Positions 29,929 to 41,591 of a stretch of DNA of 64,000 bases are shown here, in pieces. Below the pieces are notes generated by a model. The model was not told where the DNA came from and ran no database searches. It saw only the letters and a program-made list of their open reading frames with translations. Where the stretch lies: IMG/VR virus record IMGVR_UViG_3300037851_000141, positions 256,001 to 320,000 of that record; one strand, given 5' to 3'. The DNA is from a virus. Lineage: Duplodnaviria; Caudoviricetes. Both the position numbers and the translations under genes were made by a program. Position 1 is the first letter of the stretch. Each line of letters begins with the position of its first letter.

Positions 29929-32085
29929 TTACATCCTGTTAATATAGTTTATGATATGGTTATTATGTTGAGTCTGTTTATCTGATGGGTAAGTAAAGTA
30001 ATCCATATCAGCCTCAAAAATAAAATGATACCTGGATTTCGCACTACTCCAAAGTTTATTAATAGTTTGGAGTTTCTGACTTACACAATTAGCTGGGGGT
30101 TGAATCTTATCTTTAGTGATTAGAGCCGCGATCCTATAGAATTCGTTATAATCAATATGCTTGACATTCGTATTATCACGTAAATCAAGAAGTTCCATAA
30201 GCTTATACATATCGGTATTTTGGTCAATCTTATCTTTACAGTCTTTCCTTGACCAGATATTGTTGCGGAATTCGATTACTGCGGTTTTCCAAGCAATCTG
30301 TTCACTCTTATTTACAAAGTCAGAATCTTCATAGTCAATCTTATACAACTTATCTACTTCTACAGAGAGCCGGTCGATAAAAGCGTCAAGTTTCTCAAAT
30401 GACTTGACTTTATTGAGAAAGCTGGTTGGAACACCGATAAACTTAGGCGTCTTGAATGATGGATTTTGTGATTGAACATGTTTGACCATGTTATATATAT
30501 TTGCCATTTGCTGATCAGAGATATTACGAGCATTCTTTCGGAGCATTTCAACAATTACAACATCTTCTTTATTGAATGTTGAGAAGTCAAAGTTTCCACC
30601 AAGCCAATAGATTCGCATGAATTCATAACCATCGACTTTAGCTTGACGTTCGTATTCTCTCTTTACTTTAGGAACATCAAGTTTACAAAGATCCACAGCA
30701 TCCAAGACAGGCAGCATATCAATTACAGGAGAGTTACATTTTTTCTCAGCGAGTTCCTTAAGTGTATATGACAGGACTTGGATTGAATCAAGGTGCGGAT
30801 TTTGTTGGAGCAGATAGTCAACTTTTCTCTTAGGAATGGAATCGCCGTCAGAGCAATAAGCCAACAACGTCTTTTCATGAACATGTATATCACCGGATCG
30901 CTTATACTTAGAACTATTATATTTAGGATAAACCCGAATAAAATCACCATAATTTGTGTTAATCTCTCGACCATTTACTTGATATGCGGTATTGGTATTT
31001 TTATCAGTCCACACAACATGAGATATAACTTTAGCAAACTCAGTCAGATTACAGACTTTTCGCCAGTGAACATTTGCCTTCCACAGAGATTCACATTCAG
31101 CTACTACATCTGATACGTCCTTTTTTACAATATCACAAATCTCAAACAGCCTATCAAGTATGGCTTTTTGAGTCTTTTCATCATATTGGAGATTTTCACG
31201 ACTAAGAGCAACTGACAACTCACCAATGCCAAACTCCATAATGATATTAGCAGCAAACATATTACGAAGATTGGCTGGGAAGTTATTTAGCGAGTTGAGA
31301 TTCACAATATAAGGAATCTGACCAACAAGAGCCACAACCTTATTTTGGTCATATATTACTGACTTCTTGAGGATTTGCCAATTAGTTCCCTCAAAGATAA
31401 CATCATTTGTGGCATAGTCGATTGCGGAATTCTTGAGGTCAGGTCGAACATTCCAATATTGAGAGACTTCCACAGTATATTGATTGAAGTAATGGATATC
31501 TTCAATTTTAACAGGAACCGTGATAGTTGTGCCAGTTGATTCATTAGCTTCGCAAACCCTACGAGAACCATCAAACTCCATCAACTTATTACGACGATCT
31601 TCACCAATAATAGCAATATAGGTACGTTCAACAATCTCATTACCTTCTTGAGCCTTGGTAATGATGGTAAATGAATCAGTATATGCCCAGGGACTCTTGC
31701 TACCAATTCCAAATCCGCCAATCAGTTGCGAACCATCATCCGTGGCATGTTGACCTACTCCACGCTTAGTTGAAACTCCAAACTGAATAAAAACTTCCTT
31801 CATACGAGTAGGACTAATACCTGGACCATAATCCGTGACAGACCAATTAAGATTGAAGCGAGTAGGAATATTTACAACGATTGGCGTATTCTCTTTGCCA
31901 ACTTCTTTATGAGCATCCTTGGCATTGGACATCAACTCTTGAACCAGTACACGCTTAGGATTGCTATAAACGCTCTTACGCAGATATTCAAGAATGAGTC
32001 GAGGATCACCAATAGTAAACTCGGATTCGGTAAACTGTCCAGATGATTCGAGAACTACACCGTTGGAGTCGAGGCGCATGATCAA
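29929..32085 (-). CDS. rIIA: rIIA-like protein (GHKL/HSP90-like ATPase N-terminus)
   Basis: ELMSNAKDAH, DYGPGIS, STK, GGFGIGSKSPWAYTDSFTI, LSVALSRENL. Confidence 0.88.
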   Translation of the reverse strand: MIMRLDSNGVVLESSGQFTESEFTIGDPRLILEYLRKSVYSNPKRVLVQELMSNAKDAHKEVGKENTPIVVNIPTRFNLNWSVTDYGPGISPTRMKEVFIQFGVSTKRGVGQHATDDGSQLIGGFGIGSKSPWAYTDSFTIITKAQEGNEIVERTYIAIIGEDRRNKLMEFDGSRRVCEANESTGTTITVPVKIEDIHYFNQYTVEVSQYWNVRPDLKNSAIDYATNDVIFEGTNWQILKKSVIYDQNKVVALVGQIPYIVNLNSLNNFPANLRNMFAANIIMEFGIGELSVALSRENLQYDEKTQKAILDRLFEICDIVKKDVSDVVAECESLWKANVHWRKVCNLTEFAKVISHVVWTDKNTNTAYQVNGREINTNYGDFIRVYPKYNSSKYKRSGDIHVHEKTLLAYCSDGDSIPKRKVDYLLQQNPHLDSIQVLSYTLKELAEKKCNSPVIDMLPVLDAVDLCKLDVPKVKREYERQAKVDGYEFMRIYWLGGNFDFSTFNKEDVVIVEMLRKNARNISDQQMANIYNMVKHVQSQNPSFKTPKFIGVPTSFLNKVKSFEKLDAFIDRLSVEVDKLYKIDYEDSDFVNKSEQIAWKTAVIEFRNNIWSRKDCKDKIDQNTDMYKLMELLDLRDNTNVKHIDYNEFYRIAALITKDKIQPPANCVSQKLQTINKLWSSAKSRYHFIFEADMDYFTYPSDKQTQHNNHIINYINRM

Positions 32086-32116
32086 AGCCTTTCGTTTGGT
32101 TGATGCGCTGATTATA

Positions 32117-32752
32117 TCAAACCAATGAGAGAGTCAAGCCTTTTTTAGAAAAACTGGAGATAATGTGGTCATAATAATACGATTTAGACTTATCTTTAGT
32201 ATTTAGCCAATCTTGCGTCATTTCAACAAACCAAGTTGGAATATGTTTAACATTATATTGTAATAGAGTTCTAATAACCTTTTCCAAATCGTACCAAGAA
32301 CTTCCGATTTCACCTTCCATTCCGTGACGTATTCCAGTAAGAACCAAATCTCTAATATTCTTTTGTTGGAATAGTATTTTAGCTTTATTAGGTTTCTTTA
32401 CAATAAATAAAACCAAAGCATTCACTACTGCGTCAAAATCATTAGTTATAAACTCAGATGATTTAGAAAATGATTTGAATTGGTTGTAAACGGATTGATA
32501 GTACTCGGTTTCATGATCAAGGTATTCTTTTTCCCGAGTATATTCTTTTTCATACCGTTCTAACCCTTTTTTAACATTTTCACCATTTAAGATGGGAGCA
32601 GTCAAACGTCTATATTTTTCCGATAACTTAAAACTTTGATATACTGTATCATGTTCCATTTTTTGGACTTTAATGTGGTCAACTTTATCAGTATATTCAT
32701 ATATTTGTCTACTTGATGGAGGAAGCATACTCATAAAAGCAAAATTCATCAT
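32117..32752 (-). CDS. Hypothetical protein
   Basis: 211-aa ORF with own promoter and GGAG RBS. Confidence 0.65.
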   Translation of the reverse strand: MMNFAFMSMLPPSSRQIYEYTDKVDHIKVQKMEHDTVYQSFKLSEKYRRLTAPILNGENVKKGLERYEKEYTREKEYLDHETEYYQSVYNQFKSFSKSSEFITNDFDAVVNALVLFIVKKPNKAKILFQQKNIRDLVLTGIRHGMEGEIGSSWYDLEKVIRTLLQYNVKHIPTWFVEMTQDWLNTKDKSKSYYYDHIISSFSKKGLTLSLV

Positions 32753-35700
32753 GATTATCTCCTTGATTGGTTCAGTATATCAACAAAATTAGGAAGTCAA
32801 CCGAAAAATCCAACGACACCATATAATCTCATAGAAATTTTATTTGGATTATTCTGGTCCGTATAAATACTTTCTGGAATGTTTGAAGCATGAATCGATG
32901 GCTTAAATTCTAAAGAATCAATAGAGTTGTTTATGAAATTTGCCAAGTTTTTTGGTGCGTCTTTGAGTGTCCAGTTATCAGATTCCGGTAAATCAATAAA
33001 AATAGTCAAACAAGGTGAATCCATATAATTGCCTGGAGATTTGGTCAACTCCATTACAGGCGATAAACATTTCAATCTTTTTATTTTTCTAACAACAACA
33101 GTTTTGATAAATTCTCCAATATCATGAGAATATTCGTCTTCTATAATATCGGGAGGAAGATTATGATATACGGTGAATTTCATGTCGGTATTCTATCAAC
33201 AAAATTAGGAAGTCAAGCACTAAAAAGGGGGTTCGTCGCCCCAAAACGTTTCTACTGGTTTCGGATTAACTGGAATAAGATTTTTACCAACTATCTTACC
33301 AGTTTCATCAAATAAGTTCATAGTTTCATTATAATCGCCAGTATATTCAACATCACCAAAATATGTTGCTGAATGAGTTTGCTTTGTTGCGTAAACATAT
33401 ATTTCGTTCTTTTCTTTATCCCGCTTTATAGTATATTCACCGTTTATCACCCAACCGTCACAATCATACGTTGGTTCTACTAATATTTGTGCTTTATTAT
33501 TATGTCCCCAAACTTCTACTAACATAATGTGACTCCAGGTAAGTCTTTTATTTCTTCCAGATTTACAAACACAACGTTAGCCATAGTGGATATAAAAGTT
33601 TTCATACTTATATCAGCACAGTTAGCGGAAATCTTCAACTGTTCATTTTCTTTTATTCCAAGATCATTGCGTAATTGTCTAATCTTGGTTACAAATTGTT
33701 GACAATAATTCATTTTTTCAATAGAGTTCATCAATCAATCCTTTTTACTTTGCCATCGGGTTTAGATTGATATACTTTTTGAGCCTGTACCATTACAACT
33801 GGACTATCGATATCAAGTTCCATAATACCAACAAGATTATTCCAAGCCTCATCAAATCTGTCTGGATAATCTTTCTTCCAATGCTTCATCCTGGTTACTA
33901 ATTCTTTGATTGTAGCGAGTCGAGTTGTACTATGATTGATAACATCGTTTGCTTGCTTGAGAACATCAGAGATTTTTACTTCTGCGTAGACTGGCATTGG
34001 TTATTCCCTCACTTAATACTTTTATCATAGGCTTTTTGTAGTTTATTCCAATCACGACTTGTTTTAGAACCATTTACAAATTCCCGAATACTAAATTGTT
34101 CATTCTTAAAGTCAACCATAATCAATTCTCCATCTTCCTCAACTAAACATTCAACGAAATCATACTTGGATAGAAAATTCAGTATATTCTTTTCCAAGGT
34201 GGTTTTAGGTTTTGATTTAAGAGATAACTTGAATAGAGATTTCATTTGTTATTCCTTATAATAGAAGACTTTAGACTTATCATTATATTCAAGACCTTAT
34301 AACCATAATCCTTAATAGATAATGAGTCAGCTAATTCTAATAGGCCGTCACGATGTTCTTCATTATGTTCAAGAGTACAACAGTAAATAGAATGATTCAG
34401 CTTACAACTAAATTCTCCACCTTTAATACCATAGGATACTGAGCGCATAAGAGTATGAACGATTTTGGTGAACAGGTCTTTTGTTTCTTCAGTGATCATT
34501 TCTTATTCCTTTTTGGTTTTAGATTCATCCGTTTAAGTATGGCATTTGTTGTATAATTCCAAACATGTTTATCTGCTGTTGGGCAGACTGACTAGTTGCC
34601 AGAAATGGCTAGTAACATTTTCACATGAGGCGCAATAAAACACCGTTGCTTCGTCATATCTTTCTCGTGTTAAATGACCACAATTCTTGCATGCCAGTTT
34701 GTAACGCTGCCCAACAAGGGCATGCACCGGAGAGCCGGGGCAGTGGTTTTCGCATTGTATCATCAAACCATGTTCTTTATATTCAAGCAAACGAATACGA
34801 CGACTACCACACATAGGACCGGGTTTGAATGGATTCTTAGTCATGACTTATTTTCTGCTTTACGCCAATCAATCCCATGTTTTTCAAGAACTGACATAAA
34901 GTATTTGTTGGACTTAAGTACAGATTCTATCTTTTCTTGTTGTCTGTTTATAATTTCTTGAAGATCATGCCGTTCTGCTAGTTTTTCTATTTTACTGTTG
35001 ACTAATTCTTGAACAGCATCATTAGTCAAAGCGCATTCTATTTGAGTGCATATTCTTTTTGCCATTGAATGTATATGCTTTTTTGGTTCAATCGCTGCTT
35101 CTGGATGAAAACGAAATGTTTGTTTGATTCCACCAACAACAGCAGGCATCAGCTTTTTGTACGTAGTGTCGAGCATGCTACTTCCTTTGGGTTGATGCGC
35201 GTATTATATACAGGAGTTTAGGAAGTCAAGTCTTTTTCTTAGATTGACGGGGCTTATAAAATTGGTTATTATAGAATTGCGTATATCCTATCGTTTTATG
35301 CCGACTACCAAGAGGACACGCTAAATCTTTAGAACGATGTACACCTTTACGTTTTCCACAATTCGCGCATTTTCGATCCAGAAACATATTAGGATCTTCG
35401 GTATTGATGTTTTCTGATGTGGGGTCTTGTTCGTCTTTCGGTGTAACCCAATTGTTTTTATTTTTAATAGCGGCAGTAAACAGTTTAACTGCGTTTTTAA
35501 GTTCTTCTTTAGTTACTTCGTGAACTGTCCATTGCCAACCGTTATTTGATACTTTTATAGTAACCGTTTCTCCATTTTTAGTTGGTTCAATTGTTATGTT
35601 CTTAAAGTGTGCCATTATATTTCCTTTCAGAGTACGCCAGCCCGCTTAAGTACCTCTTGTCGTGAAACTATCCTACCATAAATATTTGCTTCGTCAACTA

Positions 35701-36014
35701 ACATTTCAAACTCTTCTTCGTTCATCCAGTTACGCATAATCATCGGCAAATATTCTTCAAGGCACTTATGTTCAATCTCAGTCAAAGGTCGAGTTGATTC
35801 TTCAATAGGTTCAAGTACAGACGCGGATTTCATTCCTATAGATACATACTTAGAAACCCTGTACTTTATAACATCAACTTCATCAACAATAAAACCAGAC
35901 TGAATACCAGACCAATGATAAAAAGGACGCTCAACTATGGTTCCAATAGCCTTCAGAGTCATAGTGATCCCCTTTTCTCTGGCACCATTATATCAACCAA
36001 ATTATGAAGTCAAG

Positions 36015-36296
36015 TTATTCTTGTAAACTCTTTAATACAGACGGTTTATTTACTGATCGTCTTACTAATATCCAAGATCCGTAATTATTTACTTTAACTG
36101 TATTTCGAGATATCAATTCTTTTATATTGTTTATTGCCGTTAAATGTAAATAATGTAATGTATGCGGTGGTGACGGTTTTAGAAAACTGCGGGAGTCAAT
36201 AAACATATCTTCAGTCACTAAATTTACAAATAATCCTAAGTTATATCTGATGTTTCTATACGTCGTACCCCGTAACTGATTTATAGCAGATAACAT
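36015..36296 (-). CDS. C-terminal-tag family member 6
   Basis: Ends SVNKPSVLKSLQE. Confidence 0.75.
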   Translation of the reverse strand: MLSAINQLRGTTYRNIRYNLGLFVNLVTEDMFIDSRSFLKPSPPHTLHYLHLTAINNIKELISRNTVKVNNYGSWILVRRSVNKPSVLKSLQE

Positions 36297-36508
36297 TATT
36301 TCAATCCTTTTAGCACAGCTTGTTTATTTACATTTTCTATTTTCCAACAAGGACCATTATTGCGGAATAAACCATTAAATGCTCTAATAACTGGAAAACC
36401 ATCATTACCAACCAATGATAAAAAATCAATAATCGGTGAATAAACATATTGAAAATCATGAACCTTAAAATATAATTCCGTTTTTTCATAAAAGTGCTTA
36501 AAACTCAT
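36296..36508 (-). CDS. C-terminal-tag family member 7
   Basis: Ends NVNKQAVLKGLK. Confidence 0.75.
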   Translation of the reverse strand: MSFKHFYEKTELYFKVHDFQYVYSPIIDFLSLVGNDGFPVIRAFNGLFRNNGPCWKIENVNKQAVLKGLK

Positions 36509-36779
36509 TTGATGTTCCTGACAACGAGTTTAATACAGATTTCTTATTTACTAATTGAAATTTGTTAGTTTTATGAAATATTTGTGGTGGTCGTAGTAAA
36601 TTAAATAAAACCTCGTAAACCCGATATAATACTAAAATATGTCCCCTATAAGAATCATTCAACCCAAAACTAACTCTCTCAATACGAATATCACAAAAAA
36701 CACGTAAATCCTGAAAAACTTTAGGAGGTATGTTAATATTTTCAACCACCAATCTTTTAGACTGCTTAATAATTATCAT
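36498..36779 (-). CDS. C-terminal-tag family member 8
   Basis: Ends LVNKKSVLNSLSGTSNEF. Confidence 0.75.
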   Translation of the reverse strand: MIIIKQSKRLVVENINIPPKVFQDLRVFCDIRIERVSFGLNDSYRGHILVLYRVYEVLFNLLRPPQIFHKTNKFQLVNKKSVLNSLSGTSNEF

Positions 36780-37056
36780 CTTGTAATCCTTTTAATACCG
36801 CAACTTTGTTTACTTTACTAATATCTACGCAAATAGATAATTTGGTCAACCTTTCATCTTCAAGAGACATCATTATATTATTTTTTAGTCGAAATATTTC
36901 ATTAATCTCTATATATGGTTCAGTCATATAAGAAAAGAAATAATACATTTTTAGACTTGTATTCGTAGCAGTTAACTTATATAAATCTAATACAGAAAGA
37001 TAATGTAGTCCGATTTGAGCTAACTGATGTTGTGCTTGTTTTGTAAATTTAAGCAT
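36766..37056 (-). CDS. C-terminal-tag family member 9
   Basis: Ends KVNKVAVLKGLQDDNY. Confidence 0.75.
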   Translation of the reverse strand: MLKFTKQAQHQLAQIGLHYLSVLDLYKLTATNTSLKMYYFFSYMTEPYIEINEIFRLKNNIMMSLEDERLTKLSICVDISKVNKVAVLKGLQDDNY

Positions 37057-37321
37057 TCAAAGACCTTATTTTGAGTTCTTTATTCAATTTATCAAGATGA
37101 TCAGCAATTGTTATATAAGCAGTTCCAAGTTCTCTTATATCAACATCAGTCGCATATCCACCATCCAGGTAAACCATATGTTGATTATCCTTTGATGCTG
37201 GAAGATAATCATTAGATAGTCGAAGTTTAGCACCTATAAGATATAATGCTTCATCAATATTCATAGTTTATCCCTTTACATCATCATAATCGAAAAATAC
37301 CTAAAGTCAACTAAATTCTGC

Positions 37322-37386
37322 TAAAGTGCCTTATTTGACCTCTTATAGCCAGTTTAGAGAGTTAAAGTGCCTTATATGACCTCTTA
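37322..37386. repeat. 24-bp direct repeat, two copies (possible operator)
   Basis: TAAAGTGCCTTAT(T/A)TGACCTCTTA at 37322 and 37363, just upstream of a TTGAAT-N15-TATACT promoter. Confidence 0.8.
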
Positions 37387-37531
37387 GGAAAACTCTTGAA
37401 TTCCATTTTATCACTGTATACTGTAGCGCATGAAATGGAGATGATAAGTTTGATTCGGGTACCAGAGTCAATAAGATCATCACCATACAACGAACAACAG
37501 GCAAACCTACACTCCAAGAAAGGAGAACAAT

Positions 37532-38107
37532 ATGCCTATCTCATCCGTCCTAACCGCCGAACCCGTTGATGTCCTAAAGACTAAACGCAATCTCAATTCT
37601 CTTGAAGTTGAAATTCTTGGAAACCTCTACCTTGGTAATCCACAAAAGCCAAAGAATCGTGAAGGTGATGTTATTGTTGATGGTATGTGTGGCGAATATA
37701 AAAAGGTAGGATTGAATGGTCGAACTCTTGATACCAGCAATACCATCAATCAAGTTCGAGCAATTAAATGTAATTTCTTGGTCATATACAGCACATATCA
37801 TTGGTCATGGTTTGTTGTACCGGCTCACGTAGTTGTTCAGTTGGTAAAGGGTAAGCGCCGAGGTCAACATACCGAAATCCCTTATGAGTGTGCTACTCTT
37901 AGTCTGAAAGACGTTATAGATACGGAAGGTGTTATTGAAGTTGACAATACCGATGCTGAAACCAAACTTCTTCCGGCAGTCCGAGCGGCTATCATCAGTA
38001 GTTCAGTGAAATCAAATAAGAAGTATATCGATTGCATGGAATTTCTATCAAAGAAAATCCAGTCTCTTAAAGAAGACTATGAGTTTATTATAGATAGTAT
38101 TTTGTGA
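37532..38107 (+). CDS. Possible PD-(D/E)xK nuclease (restriction-endonuclease-like)
   Basis: GDVIVDGMCGEYKKV; directly upstream of a DNA methyltransferase. Confidence 0.4.
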   Translation: MPISSVLTAEPVDVLKTKRNLNSLEVEILGNLYLGNPQKPKNREGDVIVDGMCGEYKKVGLNGRTLDTSNTINQVRAIKCNFLVIYSTYHWSWFVVPAHVVVQLVKGKRRGQHTEIPYECATLSLKDVIDTEGVIEVDNTDAETKLLPAVRAAIISSSVKSNKKYIDCMEFLSKKIQSLKEDYEFIIDSIL

Positions 38108-38158
38108 TGGCTTTCTGAAAATACTTTGATATAATATACATATAGATTAGGAGTTTAT

Positions 38159-39295
38159 ATGTATAAAGAAAATATCAAATCAGTAGATAGAAAAAGGAAA
38201 CATGGGGAGGTTTTAACCCCATGTTTCCTCGTTAATGAAATGTTAGATAAAATACCAGAATCAGTTTGGAAAAACCCTAAACTAAAATGGATTGATAATA
38301 GTTGTGGAACAGGAAATTTTCTCATAGAAATAAAAAATCGTTTACTAAAATACCATGCCGAACAACATATATTACAAAACATGATTTATGGTGTTGATAT
38401 TCAAGAAGATAATATAAAAGAGACGAAGCAAAAACTTGGTGATACTAATAACATTGTTTGTTTCAATAGTCTTACATTTGATTATTGGAATAACATGAAA
38501 TTTGATGTTATCGTTGGAAATCCACCATATAACAATGATAAGGGAGATAAAAAAGGAAATACTTGTAATCCACTCTGGAATCTTTTTGTTGAACATGCCA
38601 TAACCAAACTATTAAATGATAACGGTCTTTTGTTGTTTGTTCATCCTCCACTTTGGCGTAAACCCGAACATAAGTTGTGGAAGCTAATGAAAAAATATCA
38701 ACTTCATTTTCTAAAAATTTATAGCACAGAAGAATCATCTAAAATGTTTAATTGTTCAACAAAAGTAGATTATTATCTTTTACAGAAAAAAGACGCTTAT
38801 AAAGACACTATCATTATTGACGAAAAAGGAATTAAATCTAAAATAACTGTACACGATAAACCATTTATACCAAATTTCTATATTGAAGAAGTGTATAATG
38901 TTTTCTCAGGTAAAACTGATGTTATATACGATTGTTCTTATCATCATTATACACAGCAACATGTAAAATCTGAAAAAAATGAAGAATATAATCTACCGTG
39001 TATATATCTTGTAAACAAAAAGGGAATAAAATACTATTACTCAAATAAAAATATAGGACATTTCGGAATCCATAAAGTAATAATACCTATGGGAAGTTAC
39101 ATACCTATTTTAGATGAAACTGGTCAATACGGAATGTGCGAGGTTGCCTTTGCTATTCCTATAAAAGATAAAGAATATGGTGAAAGTCTTATGAAATTCC
39201 TAACATCTGATAATTTTAGAAGAATATTATCTGCCTGTAAATGGAAAACGGTTCAATTAGATTATCGTCTGTTTAAATACTTAAATATACCTTAA
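38159..39295 (+). CDS. N6-adenine DNA methyltransferase (Eco57I/TaqI-like gamma class)
   Basis: GEVLTP, DNSCGTGNFL (motif I), DVIVGNPPY (motif IV). Confidence 0.92.
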   Translation: MYKENIKSVDRKRKHGEVLTPCFLVNEMLDKIPESVWKNPKLKWIDNSCGTGNFLIEIKNRLLKYHAEQHILQNMIYGVDIQEDNIKETKQKLGDTNNIVCFNSLTFDYWNNMKFDVIVGNPPYNNDKGDKKGNTCNPLWNLFVEHAITKLLNDNGLLLFVHPPLWRKPEHKLWKLMKKYQLHFLKIYSTEESSKMFNCSTKVDYYLLQKKDAYKDTIIIDEKGIKSKITVHDKPFIPNFYIEEVYNVFSGKTDVIYDCSYHHYTQQHVKSEKNEEYNLPCIYLVNKKGIKYYYSNKNIGHFGIHKVIIPMGSYIPILDETGQYGMCEVAFAIPIKDKEYGESLMKFLTSDNFRRILSACKWKTVQLDYRLFKYLNIP

Positions 39296-39354
39296 ATATT
39301 TTCTTGACTTCAAACCAATATTCTTTACAATGCTTCCATCTATAGGAGCAATAT

Positions 39355-39759
39355 ATGACTGATCTTCTACCTTGCCCTTTCTGTGGGTCTAAACGTGTTG
39401 AAGTCTTTTACGATTATGTTGAAAATAATGAAATAGGTTGTTTTAATAATAACTGCGAATCTGCTTATGTACTTTGCCGAGAATGTGAGGCTAAAGGGCC
39501 ATTAATCAAAATGTCTAATTCAAACCCACTACATAAACTAAGAATAATTGAAGCGTGGAATAACCGAAATAAACCTAAACCCAAATCCGAACCTGTATTA
39601 GATAAAAATGGTAAAATAGAAAACTTTATCATGTCATCCGGTGGCAAACCCTTCCGTTGCTCTTGTGGTTGTAATGTCTTCCATAAACCAGATAATAAAA
39701 ACTTAACCTTATATGAATGTAATTCCTGCCATACTGAATATATAGGCGAACCAGAATGA
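39355..39759 (+). CDS. Lar-like (restriction alleviation) zinc-binding protein with an extra zinc ribbon
   Basis: LLPCPFCG...VLCRECEA...AWNNR; CSCG...CNSC. Confidence 0.6.
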   Translation: MTDLLPCPFCGSKRVEVFYDYVENNEIGCFNNNCESAYVLCRECEAKGPLIKMSNSNPLHKLRIIEAWNNRNKPKPKSEPVLDKNGKIENFIMSSGGKPFRCSCGCNVFHKPDNKNLTLYECNSCHTEYIGEPE

Positions 39760-39984
39760 ATCCAAATATAATCCTACTAAATATCTCTGACGTTGATAAA
39801 CCTAAAGATGGCGTATTCATGATACACATTGATCATTGGTGGATTGTAAAAGATAATCAAATCATGTTATATAGAGACTACGCACCACAATGTAATACTA
39901 ATAAAGAAATCGCAACCAAAATTCGTGATAAGATATATCCAGATTGCGAAGTACGACAATTACCTGTTATCTACTTGGAATACC

Positions 39985-40230
39985 GTGATTAACAAAAAAT
40001 TCTCAGATGAAATCATTAACGTAAAACGCCGTATTGTTAATAAAATGACTGTAGATGTACTTCAATGCGTCAGTACTAATGTAGCTCTATCAACCAGAAT
40101 ACATCATGTAAAAGCAACTGTTAAGGATTCATTTGGTTTTTACGATTTTTATGGAATTCGTACACCAGTGTATGATTACAAAAAAATCTCTAAAGTTAAT
40201 AAACAATCTGTACTAAAGAGTCTAAAATGA
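39985..40230 (+). CDS. C-terminal-tag family member 10
   Basis: Ends KVNKQSVLKSLK; GTG start overlapping the upstream gene end is assumed. Confidence 0.7.
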   Translation: MINKKFSDEIINVKRRIVNKMTVDVLQCVSTNVALSTRIHHVKATVKDSFGFYDFYGIRTPVYDYKKISKVNKQSVLKSLK

Positions 40231-40490
40231 TCAACTCTATATTCTCTGACGACATTGTTCATATATCAAATCAAGCAAGAGAAAATGTCCTAAGTAAAAT
40301 GAAGTTGGATGTATTTCATTATTTCAGTACTGACTTGTCTCTAATGACCAAAATCAATTTTATCAAATATACTATATCGGATTATTTGGGATTTTATGAG
40401 TTTTATACCGGAAGAATAAATGATGATATTTACAACAAATTCTCCAAAATAGATAAACAATCGGTACTAAAGAGCCTAAAACATGAATAG
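40227..40490 (+). CDS. C-terminal-tag family member 11
   Basis: Ends KIDKQSVLKSLKHE. Confidence 0.75.
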   Translation: MINSIFSDDIVHISNQARENVLSKMKLDVFHYFSTDLSLMTKINFIKYTISDYLGFYEFYTGRINDDIYNKFSKIDKQSVLKSLKHE

Positions 40491-40680
40491 CTTAAAAGAA
40501 AATGTTTCAAAATCTGTCAGTGAATCGATTAGTGACTCTGTTAGAAACCACGTTTGGTCCTATATTTATTTTCCCGTTAGGTATTCTGTCATAATCCGAA
40601 TTTCGTACGGTATTGATGATTATGTTGAATTACAATATTCTAAAGTAAATAAAGCCTCTGTTCTAAAGAGCCTTAAATGA
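40483..40680 (+). CDS. C-terminal-tag family member 12 (SVxx periodic N-terminus)
   Basis: Ends KVNKASVLKSLK. Confidence 0.75.
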   Translation: MNSLKENVSKSVSESISDSVRNHVWSYIYFPVRYSVIIRISYGIDDYVELQYSKVNKASVLKSLK

Positions 40681-40892
40681 AATTGAAATCCTTGAAAGAT
40701 CCATTAAAGAACTCTGTTAAGCACTCTATTGAGAAATCTGTTAGCCACTATGTTAGGTCTACTATTTGGACCGTTATTTATTTCTCTGTTATGTATTCTG
40801 GTATAGATCATGCTTGGCTATTTGTTTGTAACTCTGTTAAATCTCAAAAACATAAAGTAAACAAATCCTCTGTTCTAAAGAGCCTTAAATGA
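40677..40892 (+). CDS. C-terminal-tag family member 13 (SVxx periodic)
   Basis: Ends KVNKSSVLKSLK. Confidence 0.75.
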   Translation: MKLKSLKDPLKNSVKHSIEKSVSHYVRSTIWTVIYFSVMYSGIDHAWLFVCNSVKSQKHKVNKSSVLKSLK

Positions 40893-41149
40893 GATCCAAA
40901 ACCTATCATTGGCCGTCCAGAAGAAGACATTGGCGCATCATACACATATATAAACCTCTAAAATCAAAAGCATTCCATATAATCAAAAATAAAATTTGGG
41001 TTTACGGCCCCTATACCCAAGCTAAACATAATATCAAACCAAAGGTAGAATCACACCTTATACGTATGAACAGAACAATCAGAACATGTATATATCAATT
41101 CCGAAAACAAGTTAATAAATCGATAGTTCTAAAAGGTCTACAAGAATGA
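40889..41149 (+). CDS. C-terminal-tag family member 14
   Basis: Ends QVNKSIVLKGLQE. Confidence 0.75.
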   Translation: MRSKTYHWPSRRRHWRIIHIYKPLKSKAFHIIKNKIWVYGPYTQAKHNIKPKVESHLIRMNRTIRTCIYQFRKQVNKSIVLKGLQE

Positions 41150-41349
41150 AGTTAAAAATAAGAGAACACGTAAAAGAAAAAATCAGCACCATAACTGACT
41201 TGTATATCGATAACTCTCTACGCTATGTTGTGGTTGATAATGTCTGCTCTAATATATATTTTTATTGGGATAATTATGGGTTCTTACTTAAATATATTAA
41301 TATGACATCCATAAATAAATCAGCAGTTCTAAAAGGTCTACAAGAATGA
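41146..41349 (+). CDS. C-terminal-tag family member 15
   Basis: Ends SINKSAVLKGLQE. Confidence 0.75.
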   Translation: MKLKIREHVKEKISTITDLYIDNSLRYVVVDNVCSNIYFYWDNYGFLLKYINMTSINKSAVLKGLQE

Positions 41350-41591
41350 ATATAATGCCAACACACCTTTTAGATGATTTTGTTGATGTTGATATTAGAT
41401 TTATCATATTTACAGAGATATATACTAAAGTCAGAAATAATATAACTCATAGGATAAAATCAAGAATCGATGGTGAAATGTATACAATCACAGTATTCAT
41501 ACAAACTGAAACTGTTGAAGCATTATCAGGAAGACTTCATCACAACCTCAAACTAAACAAATCTTCCATTTTAGCGAGTTTACAAAAATGA
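41346..41591 (+). CDS. C-terminal-tag family member 16
   Basis: Ends KLNKSSILASLQK. Confidence 0.75.
   Translation: MNIMPTHLLDDFVDVDIRFIIFTEIYTKVRNNITHRIKSRIDGEMYTITVFIQTETVEALSGRLHHNLKLNKSSILASLQK

Noticed and set aside
37049-37264. Additional tag-family member (ends KLNKELKIRSLNA)
   Set aside because: It lacks the hydrophobic V/I-L core at the right spacing, so it was not counted.
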